From Klebsormidium nitens (lineage: Eukaryota; Plantae; Klebsormidiophyceae), in NCBI GenBank assembly GCA_000708835.1, contig DF237138.1, positions 62,001 through 126,000 of the forward strand: 64,000 nucleotides of DNA, in the 5' to 3' direction. Position numbers and translations under genes: made by a program. Below the pieces are notes generated by a model. It was given only the letters and a program-made list of their open reading frames with translations, was not told the DNA's origin and ran no database searches. Below, piece by piece: positions 25,201 through 46,213 of this stretch (its first letter is position 1; each line of letters begins with the position of its first letter).

Positions 25201-26535
25201 AGGGTACAAAGTCTTATGGTCCCTATGGTTCGTTGAACCAACCAGCTTGAGTCAAGGGTCAGGACTCACACGCGAGCTCTTCTACGTTCAATGTTTCCTC
25301 AACTATACCCAGATATACATTTTTTCACGCGAAAGAGTTGGGCAAGTTCATATAGCAGATATCAGAAAGGCGTATGTATGTATGACTGATAGAAGAAAAG
25401 GCCCGAAGCAACAGATACTAGATTTCAGCATCTTACCTGTGCTTGAGGCATTGGCTGAAAAGCCCAAAGCAACAGAACAAGAGTTCGTCATATTACCTGT
25501 GCTTGAGATATTGGCTGCTGCGCCGTCCCTCCAGCGGCTGGCCTGGCTTGTGACATTCCGGGGGGGTTGGCCTGCTGGACCGGTCGCGCTTGCATGCCCC
25601 CCCCTTGAGAGGCTGGTGGAAAGAAGGGCGAGGGTGACCGAGCCTGTGCGAGTCCCGCCTGTTGCTGCTTCTTTTGAGCTGCGGTCAGAGCGACTGTGGG
25701 CGTCTGCGCCCTCTGCGTACGGGACAGGAGAAAACCATCAAAGAAGGTTGATCTTGGCAAAGAGGCAAAATACAAGGCAAAAGGGCTGACAAAGGCTCAA
25801 AATGTCGATACAAAAGAACTATGACAAAACTGGTGAATAGTCCGCCCAAGGTGAAAAAGTTGAAGTCAATGGCCCGACTACATGCTGTACCAGGCTTCGC
25901 AATGATTGAAACGATCTGTTTTCAGTCCCGATGCTTGACCAGCCCAGCAACATGAAGAAACCGCACTGTTTCCTGCCTGCACGTCAAGTGAGATCTTTGC
26001 TGATGGGACTACACTGTAAGAAGGTCAGAGGTGGCCCAACCAAATGTCCAAAAGCTACAGAAAAGTTGGCCCCAAATTCTTCATTGACACAACTTGTCAA
26101 TCCGGTTAGAAACACTATCGTAAGCTGCAAAGTGACAGGTTTTGTGCAGCACTTTTCTTAAGCCTCCAGTGATACAACGCTGCAAGAAGAACACAATTCC
26201 AAGACTTTCAGAGCCCCAGAAATCGAATCTCCAAGCACACAAGAAAACGGAGTACGTGGAAAGATCCACCATACCAGTATTTGCGAGCCTGGAGGCACTT
26301 GGCCGATCCCTTCTCCAGGCCTGATCACATTGGCCCCCGCTGGCCTTGCCCCTAAAGTCTGGCCATAGCTTCCCGGGAAAGTCGGCATAGCTGATGACGG
26401 AGAGGGCATAGCAGATGCAGGCTGTCCAGGTGGTCGCTGTGCATTTGGCTGTGGCGTTTGCATCAGGCCAGGAGCAGTTGCAAGGGGCGGCGCTGTCAAG
26501 GGGCCTGCGGGACGGGGGGGCTGCTGCTGCTGCAT
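22284..26535 (-). CDS. TAF12: TFIID subunit 12 (histone-fold TAF12) with Q/P-rich N-terminus, about 332 aa; 5' end and last exon uncertain
   Basis: complement(join(22284..22427,23024..23088,23632..23710,24167..24241,24796..24954,25497..25712,26275..26535)), frame-consistent (999 nt). Histone fold: [75 protein letters not shown], followed by the plant-type [13 protein letters not shown]. Confidence 0.9.
25434..25518 (-). repeat. Echo of a TAF12 exon 3' end plus donor, 60-bp period
   Basis: Plus strand: ttacctgtgcttgaggcattggctg at 25434 versus ttacctgtgcttgagatattggctg at 25494. Both read CAAGCACAG|gta on the minus strand. Confidence 0.85.
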
Positions 26536-26537
26536 GC

Positions 26538-26680
26538 TTGACCGTTGCTTGACCACTTCTGAACGCGTGCTGACCTGTTCCCAACCTGTGCTCGACTTGT
26601 CCTAAAACTGTGCTTGACCTAGTCTAAAACAATGCTTGACTTGTTCTAAGCTGGTGCTGATCTTTCATACGTGCTTGATG
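26538..26680. repeat. Degenerate ~11-22-bp-spaced repeat array containing W-box-like TTGACY motifs
   Basis: TTGACC at 26538, 26549 and 26614, TTGACT at 26636, plus variants (gtgctgacct, gtgctcgact, gtgcttgatg) in a repeated tgcttgac context. Confidence 0.55.
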
Positions 26681-27510
26681 AAAAAGTCTCGACCAACTAT
26701 TTACAGAATTCTTGCTCAATCAATTCTTGAGTGTCTTTCTCCTATGTAGTGGTCTCTTGATTTTAACAAGGCGCATTGGTTTCACTGATCCCAATGCTCA
26801 CCACCACCTTTGTCTTGCGCCGATGGTCACGACCAGGCTTGTGACTATGCAGTCTTATTTTTCCCCAAACACTTTGCTGCCAGGGTTTCAAGTTTCAACT
26901 ATGCTTTTCTATCAGAAGGTGCCTCCTGAAACCTTGCTGCGAGAAGCAAAAGAAAGAAAACTGGAGATGCCGCACTTCGTCGAGCAGAGACAATGTTCCA
27001 GACTTTACACTCCTTGCATGCCACTCCCTTGCCTGGGCCCTGCCCCTGATTGTGAAAAGTAAGGGGCGTCAGTATTTGTAGGGAGGCAAACGCCAATGGG
27101 AATTGCTGTCTATCCTACGTAAATATTATGTAACCTCGCACATTTGAATTGTTGAATCTTGTCTCGCTTTGTTGTCACATGGATCAAATGCAAGGCCACC
27201 TTTGACAAGGTCCGCCTGGACAGCGGAACGTTCCGTCGGCTCAGCGACCAGTACCCCAGATTGTCCATATTTATTAATGCGGTATTTTGCACCGGCCGGA
27301 ATTCCGTGTCCTAAACCAATTCAGCGGAATACTTGTCTGGAAGAGATCTGCATCTGGCAGCCACTCCGGAGAAAGTTTGATCACATTCTGCAGTTCTTGT
27401 TTGATGCCTTGGGCGCTTTGGTGCGCATCAAGGGCGTTTCTGGCAGCCAAGTCATCGAGCGTAGTATTGCTTGCCAACCTGTCGCAGGTCTAGGCATTTG
27501 GAAACCTCAC

Positions 27511-35255
<7,745 letters not shown>

Positions 35256-36730
35256 ATTCAGCAGTGCGTGTACAAAGGACGCAGTTATAGTGTCGCAGTT
35301 TCGTTGGGCTCGTGCGGTTAACGCTGAGAAGCTGGGTCAGCTTTGTGCAGCGGTCATCAAATTCTTGAGCCTGGGGCGAAAGGAGTTGTGCAAAAGCGGT
35401 ATATTGGCTCAGCACTACCTAAAATCCATGTCTACCATACACTATTTTTACCTCAGGCTGCCCGCAAGTCAAACAACAAGGGTGCATTCATTTGTCGGGT
35501 CGTCTATTCACCGAAGGTACTTAAGTTTTGATCAATATTGACAAGCCATGGTATGTCCCCTCATTATTGCGCGATAGCTCTGGTTACAACTGACATCTAA
35601 GCCTAGCTATGAGCGGTGAACCTGCTGTGCCAGGCGGCTCAGCTGGTCTTTGTGGAGATCAGTCCGCAAAACCTATGCTTGAGGAGGGAGTCAGGCCGAA
35701 ATTGAATGTAGTTGCGCTTCTGAAGTTGATGCAAGCTATGTGCCGTCGAAGACAATTGTCTACGCTGCTGGATTTTGCAATCGAAGCGTGAGGCGAAAGC
35801 ATGATTCAACTGGGCACTCAAAAGCACTAGCTAAGTTAAAGCATCACGTAGGCCACGATTGCAAGGGGACGACGTGTCAAACCAAGCGCCTGGCGCTAGG
35901 GTGAGTCTGCATGCATGCGCGCTGCTGCCATGATGGTCTTGTTATAGATGCTCACTGCCTCAGTTCCCTGCCGGGCCCGGTCAATGTACCAGGGCCGCAA
36001 AAATGGCAGGTTAGCTTTGCCGGGGCATGGCTTCTAGATCATGTTAAGTTGAATAGTTGGCGAATCTGGTATATTGCTTTGGACTTGGAATAATTCGTGC
36101 CCAATGGTGACAAATCTGAGTTCAAGGCCATTGATCTTATGCATCGATCAAGGTATGCATGCTTGAAATCGTTTGCGAGCCATTATCTGCAATTAATTGT
36201 AGCTAGCCTCCAGGCAGATTTTAGAATTCCTAACGCGCTCCAAGGCATCATGGGCATAATCATGGAAAATTATAGATCTGCTTTGTCTTTATGTCCGTCT
36301 GCTTGATTGTCTAGCTCTTAAAGGCTAAGCGCGATCGAGGCGCAGTCGCTTTGACCAACTTGGCAATGTTGGAAGGGGGTTCTAAGTTTATCATAAGCTC
36401 ATATCTCGCACTGTAGCAAGCGCTCTTGCCGGTGTCACTTCAATGCACAGCCACCTTATTCTGGAATGTCTAGCCGCCATTTTAAGAGGGCGTCAGATTT
36501 CAAAGCGCACTAGTGGCATCTGAGTCCCGAGGGAAATTCTCGGACGGACTAGACTGCATGTTGAAATTTGGCCCGAGCGACCAAAATGCACCATTTTCCG
36601 GTATATGGTCGCCGAGGCGTGACGAGTCCCAAGACGCCCTCTTTAAGCGTGTCGGCATGCTTGGACGACAAACCAAACAGCAGGCCCTGTTACAACGCAA
36701 CCCGTATGTCAACTGCCGTTTGCCCGCTGG

Positions 36731-39700
36731 CTAACCCACAACACCTCCGAAAACGAGGCCCGCAATGGCGGGTACAATCAAAGCAGTCCAACGAAGCGTG
36801 GCCCCTTTTCCGCTTCCACCCGTCTGATCCGCTACGCTGCCCTCGTCGCCAGTCGACGACACCGGAGGTTGCGTCGTTCCGATGATGCCTAGCAAACGAA
36901 AGAATAACTGTTGAGAATACAGAAAAGTGCAGCGAAAGATCGACTCTGTCGAACCACAATCATCTAAACAGTCTCAGAAGTGGGCTCAATTTTATCATAA
37001 AGTAGCTAGATTCACGTTGACTCGAGCTACTCTCCAAACAGTCGGGGTCTTTAGGTGATACCGGATGTGTAGCGTGCTAATATCTGATGAAAGATTCGAT
37101 CTGGCTATGCTTTTGGTCTCCCGTCTTCATGTAAATCTAGGAGCTGATTCTTTTCAGGAGCGTTTTGCCCTTGGTTGGGCAGAGTCACTGGAAATAGCAA
37201 AGCAAAACACCGTTCACTCGAATCACAATTATCTGTTTTAATCGGACCAATCAAAGAGAAACACGTGGCGCGCCCACACCTCCGCTCGGTGTCGCGCTCG
37301 CGATGGAGCTGCCGTCCAACCCGAGCCGGAACGCGCACGTGCCGGTTGAGGGATCCCTCTGAGTAACTGTTGCTACGCCGTCGAAGTTACACGTGTTGTC
37401 CCCCTGTTGGTGGTGCTGGTAATACGTGTTGAAGGCGTATGAAGCGTGGAGCAACGTGCTGTTGTTCTGCACGAACACGGGACCCGAACACAAGCGTAAG
37501 GAAGAAGAAAATAGATTCTGAAGAGCCCGATCCCGAATCGGCTGAGGGCGGGTCAGCATCGCAATCGCCCCAGGAGCCGGGGGATGAAGATAATCTCGTT
37601 AGTACTCGGCCGTTAAGGCTGGGGTAAAGCCCAATGCCGTTGTTTTGCTCTGGTCGACATCGCAAAGATCTCATTGATTTCTTCTGCGTGGGGCCTTCAG
37701 CGGTGGTCGAACCGACCCTTATGCCCTTTCGGCAGAGAGCCTATGGGTCTTTTGAAAAACGCTAACATTTAAGTACAACTCCTTCTCGCGTCACTGGAAG
37801 GCCCGAGGCGCTCAAAGTACCACAGAAGTTTTCGACCTCTTTTCCAATTCTGGTTCTAACTTAATTAATGATATGCTGATAAATTATTTGCAGCTTACTC
37901 CGTAGCACGAGCCGCCCGGTTGCAGCGGCGTGCAGTCCGCGCCGCCCTCGTAGCACGCGTACTGGATCGCCGCTAGCAAGTCCTTGACGAGGACTCCCGT
38001 CCTGGCGACGCACCACTGGAAGACAACGGTGACGAAATGTCGGTCTCGATTCTGCCGTGTTTACCAATTTCACCAAGCGAGTTTGCTCACTATCGGACTT
38101 GAACCGATAACCTAGAAGGAACGGATTTTCAGTCTGTCGTGTTTACCAATTTCACCAAGAGAAGAAACAGAACCCCAAAGCAATCTCGTGGGTATTGACG
38201 CCGAGAGGGTCCATTTGGAAGTCAGAGTCCTGAGCGTTACGGGCAGCTTTAGTGGCAGTAATGCTTCTCGTGTACGGAATTCAGAGTCTGATTCTTCGAG
38301 TGATAGTGGCGCCGGCGGTTAATTCCTGTGAATCATTGTATTACAGTGGGCTTTGAGAAATGAAGGTCGTGCAGGATTCAACTGGTCGTGAGACGCTCGT
38401 ACAAGTGCGCCGTACCTGGGTTGGCAGCAGTTTAGGGCTGGCGCTGACTAACGTCCCGGAAGAAGCGCCAGTCAGATCCAAAGCGTACTTGGCAACTCCC
38501 TGCAGAAACAATCGTCCGCCTTTTCAGACTCCTGTTACTCGCACCAAGAATGCTTCCAGGGATTCCGAAGAAATACCCACAAAAACTCCGAATTTGAGCA
38601 GATTCAGTGCTTTTAAAACGGGGAATGAGCCAAAGGTTGAGGTGCACGAAGAGGCAGAAGGTTCTGAGATCACGCCGAATCAGGTGGATCTGAGCGGATT
38701 TCCGGTCATGGCACATACCAGCGGAACTTCTGACATGCCGGAAACTGATCGAGCGGAACTCGAAGCTGCTTAAGTTGAAGGTGCCTTTCGTTCAACTGGT
38801 CCCCATAGGTACCTCTTTTGGCATTTATTGGTGTATTATTTGCCCAGGTCTCAGCCCAACCTTCACCGGTTCCTTCAACCAGGCACTCGTCGCCCTTACC
38901 GTCTCGGTAAAAAGCCCCCAGTGCCGCTCGAAAAAGATACCCGAGGACACGTCCTTCTGGTCTTCGTCGAGAAGCTCGAAGAAATACGTGGTGACCTGCA
39001 GGCGGAGCGGACATGTCCGACTCTGATTCAGATTCAATCGCTGCCGTCTATCTTTTGCCGTCAAAAGGATGGACGTTCCAGATTCGTTGTTACTCAAGGG
39101 TTTTGCACTGTTGGCCGGGACCCTTTGCGGAACCATACCCGAATGCGGTTAAGCTGGCCACGACTAAAGCATGCAAACACGCACAGGGGTAAAGTACCGT
39201 CAATCAAGGCGGGTTTATTCTCCGGTTAAATGCCCTTCTGCCAAACGAAGCTGGTTAAGAACTGGTTAGTGGCCCTTAAACCAGCTTTGATTGAGAGCGA
39301 AATCTTTCTCTGACGGTTGTCTGCATGTTTCTCTCGTGAAGATCGGAACGGCTGCGACACGCTTGACTCTTTAGCCTTCGTAACATATCATATCAGAAAA
39401 GAATAAAGGTATAAGATTCAAAAGAGCAAAAAGATAGAGTCCAAGTGACCATCCGGGGAAGTCCTAGTGACGAACCCATCCTTCTTGTACTTTTAGTCTT
39501 TCTGCTTACTTCTTTTGGCAACCTTTCCGGGGATTTTTGGGCACGTGCTTATGCACTTCGCCTACCTGTTTTCCCGGTCGGAGGGGAGTCCCCGGGCTGT
39601 TGATAAGGTGCTGAACTAGCGCTTGATTGAACTCCCGGGCGAGGGCGGGGGTTGCAGTTGGAGCGCCGTCGGTGGGCCAGCCTGCGGGTGGTGATTGATT

Positions 39701-42700
39701 CTAGGGTTTGAGGGTTTAATGGTAAGGATTTCAGGGTTAAGGTTTCAGGGGTTTAGGGTTTTAGTGCTGCACCAGCTTCTGGTTGAACTCCCGGGCGAGG
39801 GCTTGGGGTCGCGGTCGGAGTGCCGTCGGTGGGCCAGGCTGCGAAGATACCTCTTCAGTTTTAGAAACAGTGAGCTTTGAAGAACATTGTAAGCTCCTGA
39901 CGCCAAACTAAGAAAGTGGCTCTTGCGGACTCACCTGCTCGGCAATCTTACCTGTCCTAAACCCCAGGTTAACCCACCCGACTCAGGCTAGTAAGCTTAC
40001 AATCCCCACGTTCGCTTACTGCTTTTCAAGTCGCAGCTGCATCTCGTGGGTATTGAAAGGAGGAGGTTTCGTAACATGACGGGTTTGAAATGAGTACATC
40101 GGTCCATTGATTCAGTGTAGCATTTTACGTACTCTGCAATTGTCAATAACCACATGATTGATCCACATTGACGCGCGCTGAATTCGTCCGCAGAGCTTAA
40201 AATTTTTGCACGCTAGCATCACAAAAGTTTTGGATCAAAGGTCTCGGGATACAGGAGAATAGCGGATACACTTTACCACCTGACCAAATTCTGACCTTGA
40301 ATGCATCGGAAATATAAAAAGGGGGTCGATCCAATCATTACCTGCCTCCCCAACATTTACTTCCAGGTTTGGATATCCCGCAGCTTTTATGGCCGAGACG
40401 AAGGCGTCAACGCCCATGTCAAAGGCGTTCGTGTAGCGCAGCCCCGTTCCGCTGTCCACGTAGCTGCCGTTCTCGCGGAACAAGATCAGCTCCAGCGGAA
40501 TGTCCGTGCCCTGGCCGGATTCGAGAAGGTGGCGTCAGTCGATATGAAACTCATATTTTGCGCATGAGGAAAGAAATACAGAAGCCGAATGAGGAGAAAT
40601 GTTATTGGGCAAGCACAGCAGGTTCCGCTAGACGGAAACGGAATCGCTTCGAAGCGGAGCGGTCTGAAGTTCGTTTCTGAGATCTGGCAACCAGCTGCGG
40701 TCGACCGGGACTCGTTTCCCCGATGTATTTGAAGTTGCTGAGTCAAAATAAACGGCCACGTTCTTCGTGATCCCAAAGTGAATCTCTTGAAAACAGGCAA
40801 TGTGGAAGTACTTTCACTTTTCCTCTGCGTTTCAGATGACGTCACGCTGACGTACCAGTCCGTCGCTCCCCATGTGAAGGTAAGGGTAGACGTTGGCGGT
40901 GAAGAAAGAGCCCGACTTGTCCAGCAACGCCAGGATCTTCTGCAGTTCCGCTTGGACGCCCGGGCGGAACGCACCTACAAGAACGGAAGCGGAAAGGGTC
41001 GCTTGGATATCACGAAGATGCAATAGGGTTGGGACGTAGAGCATGCAGAAGCAATTTCAGTAAGCGGGGAACGGAGAAGGAAACAATAGAGAAACATGAA
41101 ATTTAGGAAAGCGTGTAGGAACATGTATACAGCGGGAAAGGTCGGGAATATTCACGAACCAAAAGGTGGAAAGAGTCTCGTCATCTGAGTTCGTAAAGAT
41201 GGTGGGTTCTGAGGGAACGCTTCAATCTGACAACCACCTTTTTGACATAAGGAAAATGGCTTCAAAGGATAACCAATCAAAATCTTAAATGCAAACCATT
41301 GATCGAGATACCCGCTTCTCCAGAATTCGGATCCATAGTACAGAATCGGTAAGTCGGAAACATTTCAAGATTGGGTCAAACACAAGGAGATTGAATCTTG
41401 TCGGATTCGTCTTTGCTTACCGTCGGACGGGGCCTGAAATGAAAGGTCCGTAAAACTCGTGGGCTCCAAAGGAAGTGTCAGCTTTGTTATCTCCACAACG
41501 AAAATCAAGATAAGCGACGGAGAATCGTCATACTGAACCTCAGAGAAATAGGAACAGCAGCCCATTTGGTGTTTGAATCGCTTACCGTCGGAAGGAGGTT
41601 GAAATGATAGGTCGGTAAGGATCGTGGGCTCCAATGGAATTGTCAGCTTGATCGTCCCGTCGAGGCCCGCAGCCTGAAGCGCCATAAGCAGGTTGTTCAT
41701 GGCGGGGTATACGAGCCCCACGTATTTGGTGCCGTATAAGTATGGGTTCAGCGCCTCGTTCCCGACGGCTATGCACCTGAGGAAGGCGGATAAAGAATGC
41801 GCTTATGAAAGGGCAAATGCAGGGATGTAGCGGCCGGGGCATGAGGATTAGTCTCTGGTGACTTCTCGCAGGGGCAGATGTCTTTCCCATTGCCAGACTC
41901 TCGACATCCATAAATAGCGCCCGTTCGTTGTGTGGACATTTTCCTGAGGATCCGATCAGAGCGCTTAAGGAGGTTAGCAGAGAAGAAGAAGCTACTAAAT
42001 CAAAGGCTTCTGGTCTTGCAAGGCCGACCGGTACCGAGAGCATTTGAATCACAAAACGACGAGCGAAGAACCGACCCCTGCAGGTACGGCTTCACGATAG
42101 ATGGAATATCGTTTCGGAACCTTTTCGTCTCCAATTTCTTTCAGAAAGTCTACCCGCTTTATTAAACTCATTCACTCCCTGTATGGATTTTTCGATCGTA
42201 CCCGTTTGTCTCTTGATGCTTAAAAGACCCCGAAACTCACGTGCTGTTGTTTTCATAGGACAAGGTACGGCTTTCCATCACAATTACTTATGTGTTACTG
42301 TTGAACATTGCCTTTTCACGAAGGATCCCACCTTAGCTACACTCATGTTCGGAAGCATCCTTTCGCAGTTTGAGGGACCTCAAGATTGAGCAAAAGACTC
42401 ACGTGATGTTTGCTCCCGCGAGAAACCCCACCCCCAGGTGCGGCTTCACGTTAGCCGCAAGCCAGCTGCTTGCATAGCTCACATTCGCGGCAAGGTTTGG
42501 AAGCTCGCCGTTTGGCGCGGCCACCATGACTTCGATGCCGGTCCCCGCTAGAGCGGACAGCACCCCGGAGTTGGTGTCAAAGAGCTTGACCTGGATATAG
42601 ACGGACGAGATTGGCACTCTCGAAAACAGGAAGAGAACGCAATGAAGTGTGCGAAGATGTACAATCCACCTACATCATCTACTGTAGAAGACAACACCGG

Positions 42701-43397
42701 GACCATTCCGACGGGTTTACTCTTTTTGCAGACAAAGCGAACCAACTTTGAACTGGTAGTCTTCTCGGAGCTAATTCAGTGGCTCTTGAACCTTGAAAAT
42801 ATGCAACCCAAGAGCATGGAGATTTTGAGTCGGGTCATGCCCAGCAGTTTGGCGTTCGCTTATATCGTTTGTTCCCAGTATTTAGAATGGACAGAAGATT
42901 CCACAGGTATAATGATGGTCGCTGGAAGTGAGCTCATCGTACCCAAGTGACCAGAGTATGAAGTAGTTGTTCGCAATGTTTGAAGAGCCTTGCAACAAAC
43001 CAAGCAGAAATTGCGAAACGCTACTCTAAGTATGTCAGTTGCCTGCGGATCACGGCAACTTGGAACGAAAGAGTATCTTGTAGCCGGAGGGGTTTACAGG
43101 CCGTGCCTAATAAGACTGGTGATTGCCACTACATGCATCAACAGGTGAGTATAACAGATACACCAGTGAGTTTGTAGCAACAAATTCGCTCCATGAACTA
43201 GACCGGCAAGAGAGCCTTCTCCTACTTACCTTGCTGAAGCCATTCTTCTGCATCAAGTCGACTACCACAGAATAGGCGAGGGGCGTTGAGGAGAGCAATG
43301 ACCCGTAGTTGACACCAATCAGACTGCGGGGGCTGGCGGCCGCTGCCACACTCCCCGACAGTGTCAATGACAAAAGCAGAGCGAGCGAACGCAGCAT
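36731..43397 (-). CDS. Glucan endo-1,3-beta-glucosidase, GH17 + X8/CBM43 + predicted GPI signal, 530 aa, 11 exons
   Basis: complement(join(36731..36888,37280..37466,37899..38015,38416..38499,38900..38995,39566..39681,40342..40510,40856..40974,41586..41776,42403..42590,43230..43397)), frame-consistent (1593 nt); alternative upstream ATG at 43448. Signal peptide MLRSLALLLSLTLSGSVAAA. GH17 motifs IGVNYG, VKLFD, IAVGNE (acid/base Glu), NVYPY, VGEAGWPT (nucleophile Glu), GTPLRPG, FERHWGLF. X8 motifs WCVAR...ACYEGGADC...CY...HASYAFNTYYQ...CNFDG. Hydrophobic C-terminal tail. Confidence 0.93.
39701..39764. repeat. Degenerate telomere-like (TTTAGGG / AAACCCT) tract just upstream of a splice acceptor
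   Basis: ctagggtttgagggtttaatggtaaggatttcagggttaaggtttcaggggtttagggttttag, lying between the echo and the true GH17 exon-6 acceptor. Confidence 0.7.
39765..39845 (-). repeat. Echo of the GH17 exon-6 acceptor plus 5' exon segment
   Basis: Minus strand cttcgcag|CCTGGCCCACCGACGGCACTCCGACC (from 39838) versus the true ccgcag|GCTGGCCCACCGACGGCGCTCCAACT (from 39681). Spacing 157 bp; the echo is frameshifted. Confidence 0.9.
41415..41500 (-). repeat. Echo of the GH17 exon-3 3' end with an identical donor
   Basis: KLTLPLEPTSFTDLSFQAPSD G|gtaagc (donor 41420) versus KLTIPLEPTILTDLSFQPPSD G|gtaagc (donor 41585). Spacing 165 bp. Confidence 0.9.
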
Positions 43398-44479
43398 TGT
43401 GAGTGGCCCCCAGGCAATGCTGTGATGCCTTGCTGGTCCTGCCATCACTCCCCTTCAAAAAGCTTCAGTATGGTGCTAACATACGTCTGACTGAACACCG
43501 CGCAAGGCCTGAAAGTATCTGTCAAGTTGACTCACTTCAAGCCTATGCGCCTGATACCACCATGGCTTTTCTGATCCAATGCAGAAGAGCATGGTGAACA
43601 AACACCTCAGATATCAGAGACGCAGCAGTCTCCACCAGCGGCAATCTCTACATCATATTCTGCATGATGTCATGCATCGTGAAAGCAGCACTGATTTGGC
43701 AGAGGGGGGACAAGGAGAATGATTATTTTAGCGACCCTGAGCCCGGGGACTGTTGGAAGGTGCCTATAGTGACCTGGGGTGGACTTTTCCCGGGAGATAT
43801 GAACGTCTTGTGTCAAAGAGTACAAGAGGATGGTACGATGATATATGTAACACAGGCAAGATGCATTGACCCAGTAGGTCCTCTCCGACTTTGAGATAAC
43901 TTGTGCCAGCAAGACAAACCCGAATCCTGACCCAGAACGATGAGGCCCATGAGGAGGTACACACCGTTCGATAATTAGCATTTATGCATCGATGGTTGAA
44001 TATCTGCCATTTGTACATGTGGAGATGTGATCAAGATGCATACGTCAGATAAGGCACCTTCCAACAGCCCCCGGGCTCAGGGTCCTGAAAAGAACCATTC
44101 TCCTTGTCCGCCCTCTGGCAGCATTCTCGCTAGTCAGCATAAACCCTCTCAGCCCAGTCAGCACATTCTGCCGCCATCTGCAGTCTCGCGGCTCGAAGTT
44201 TTTGCGCCAGCGGTGCAACTGAAGGCCGTCGGATGATTTCAATCACATAGATTGACGGTTCGATGGGGCTGATTGCAAAACGTGCGTGCAGTTGCTTTCA
44301 ATCGGTCCCCGGCGAAAGGTTTGGTGTCAAAGTAACTTCGAAATTGGCGTGTCACGTGGCCGTCGATAACTAATGGATGGCTACGATAGCATCTAAGTTA
44401 GGCATCTCGTCAAATCTCCGAGAAGAGTGACTAGGAGGAAGCAATAAAAGCCATGCAACGCTTTGTTGGACACTCTTGT

Positions 44480-44668
44480 ACTCCGATAACTCTCGTGTGA
44501 CCTAAGAGCCGTGTGACCTAAGATAGGCACCCGGGGGACAGGTGGGGTTGGTATGGTGGTTAGGGTGGGTTGGGGTGCGGAGCGGGTGTTTATCTGGGTT
44601 AGGTTTTTAGTTTGAAGTGCCCGGTTGACTCGTATTTAAGGTCACACGCACACGAGAGTTATCGGTAT
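44480..44668. mobile_element. MITE A, Mutator-like (189 bp, 9-bp TSD)
   Basis: TSD cactcttgt at 44471-44479 and 44669-44677. Perfect 17-bp inverted repeat ccgataactctcgtgtg (44483-44499) / cacacgagagttatcgg (44649-44665). Subterminal 12-mer gtgtgacctaag x2. Non-coding G-rich core. Confidence 0.85.
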
Positions 44669-46213
44669 CACTCTTGTATGTTGTGCTGATATCGACATTC
44701 CAATTCAGCAAGTCATCTCTAAGTTCAAAAGTCAACGCCGCAGCCACCAAGACTATTCATGGGGGACTCTTTACACTCTTTCAGGGTTCTGACTTTGTCA
44801 GAGATATCCTAGATCCTCTATTGATTCTACTGCCCAAGACTTTTCCCGTAGCAAAGAAGATTCTCATGGTCACATTCCGCAAGCAGGTTCGTCAATCACG
44901 GGCAGGCTTTGAAGTAAACTACATCACTACAGGGCTGAAACATTGATTGTTGCGTGCTGAACAATGAGTTGCCAGAAGAGGATGATCGCTGCAGCAATAT
45001 TGATCGACAGGGGCCAACAATAAGGTGAAAAACGGCTGAATCTTCGTCCAAGTGCAGAGCAAAGGGTTTGCAGCACGCAATGCTGGGGGACTAAGGGCCT
45101 TCTTAGCCCTAATTGGTCATTTTGGGGCACCATGCGTAGGATTGCATGGCCATGAGGGGATATAAGGTTTCCAGGTACAGGTGGAGAGCCACAGCATTTT
45201 GCATTGCTGGCGCGTACTAAGGGAACCCTTGACTCACAACAGGCAAGGGCTCGATCCTGTAGCACGTTGCAGACAGCTTTCCTTACATTCCCATCCTTGG
45301 TTCTGTGATGCAATGCTGTGCTAGCATCTCTGAACAAGACGAGGTTTCTGCTGGCATGTTGGAATGTGGTTATGTAAGCAGCCCTTTGTTGCCACTAAGA
45401 AAAGTTAAGAAACATCCACCGCTGGAGGAAGGTGTAGACCAGAAGCCTCTACGCCTGTCTTTGGAACGTTGAGCATCCAGGATCTGCTGTTGGTGGCTCA
45501 AAAGGGGTGTGTCAGATGTCTGCGATCCTGGTCAGGCATTTGACTGTGCCACTGCGCAAGGCCAGCAAGACCACCGCTGAGCCTGCTAAGTATTGATCCC
45601 GAGCACACTTGTGTAAGCCTGGACACATGACGCGCTGAGAAGCAATGCGCCATGCAGACATAAACTCACAGAAGATTACAAACAGAAGGCATCCCTTGAA
45701 TTGTGGGCTCAGCAAATGCCAGCGCATCAACCATAGCAAACTTGGGAACATCCTGGAGCTTGGAACTGGACAATCTGCTGGTCAAGTTTTTCAGAGGAAG
45801 CAGATTGACGCAGCAGAGAGAGAGAGACCGTGACCATTAAGTACGTAGATCAGCGCTGAGTCACCTGCAACAACAAGTCGCGAGGACTGTCAAATGGAAA
45901 GCTCTTGAGGAAGATCTTTGTGCATCCTGCCAGTGCTCGAGTCAGCTCTGTAAAGGCGGCATGCATTGGGGCAGTTCTAAAATGTAAAAAGAGTGGCCCT
46001 CGTTGGGCCATAAACAAAATCGCCAGGACTTTCTCCAGCAGACGTGATACTTTGAAGCTATTTTTCCATCGTTTCTGTGGCACCCTTTCTCACTACGAGG
46101 GCTCAGCATCCAGGTTCAGCAATACAGCACCCAATCACTTCCAACCTCGTACATTAATTGACTGCTGGTTGAACCTCTGTGCCAATGTTGCAGGTAGCCT
46201 GACACGTGTCACC

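Noticed and set aside
27274-27477. ORF MASNTTLDD... as the TAF12 first exon, 33 bp from the helicase ATG
   Set aside because: It starts with TTG, not ATG, and has no convincing donor. It is more likely promoter or UTR sequence.
44680-45900. Possible decayed retroelement between MITE A and the kinesin
   Set aside because: Only short stop-riddled ORFs. No RT (YxDD), RNase H, integrase, LTR or poly(A)/TSD signature was recognised.
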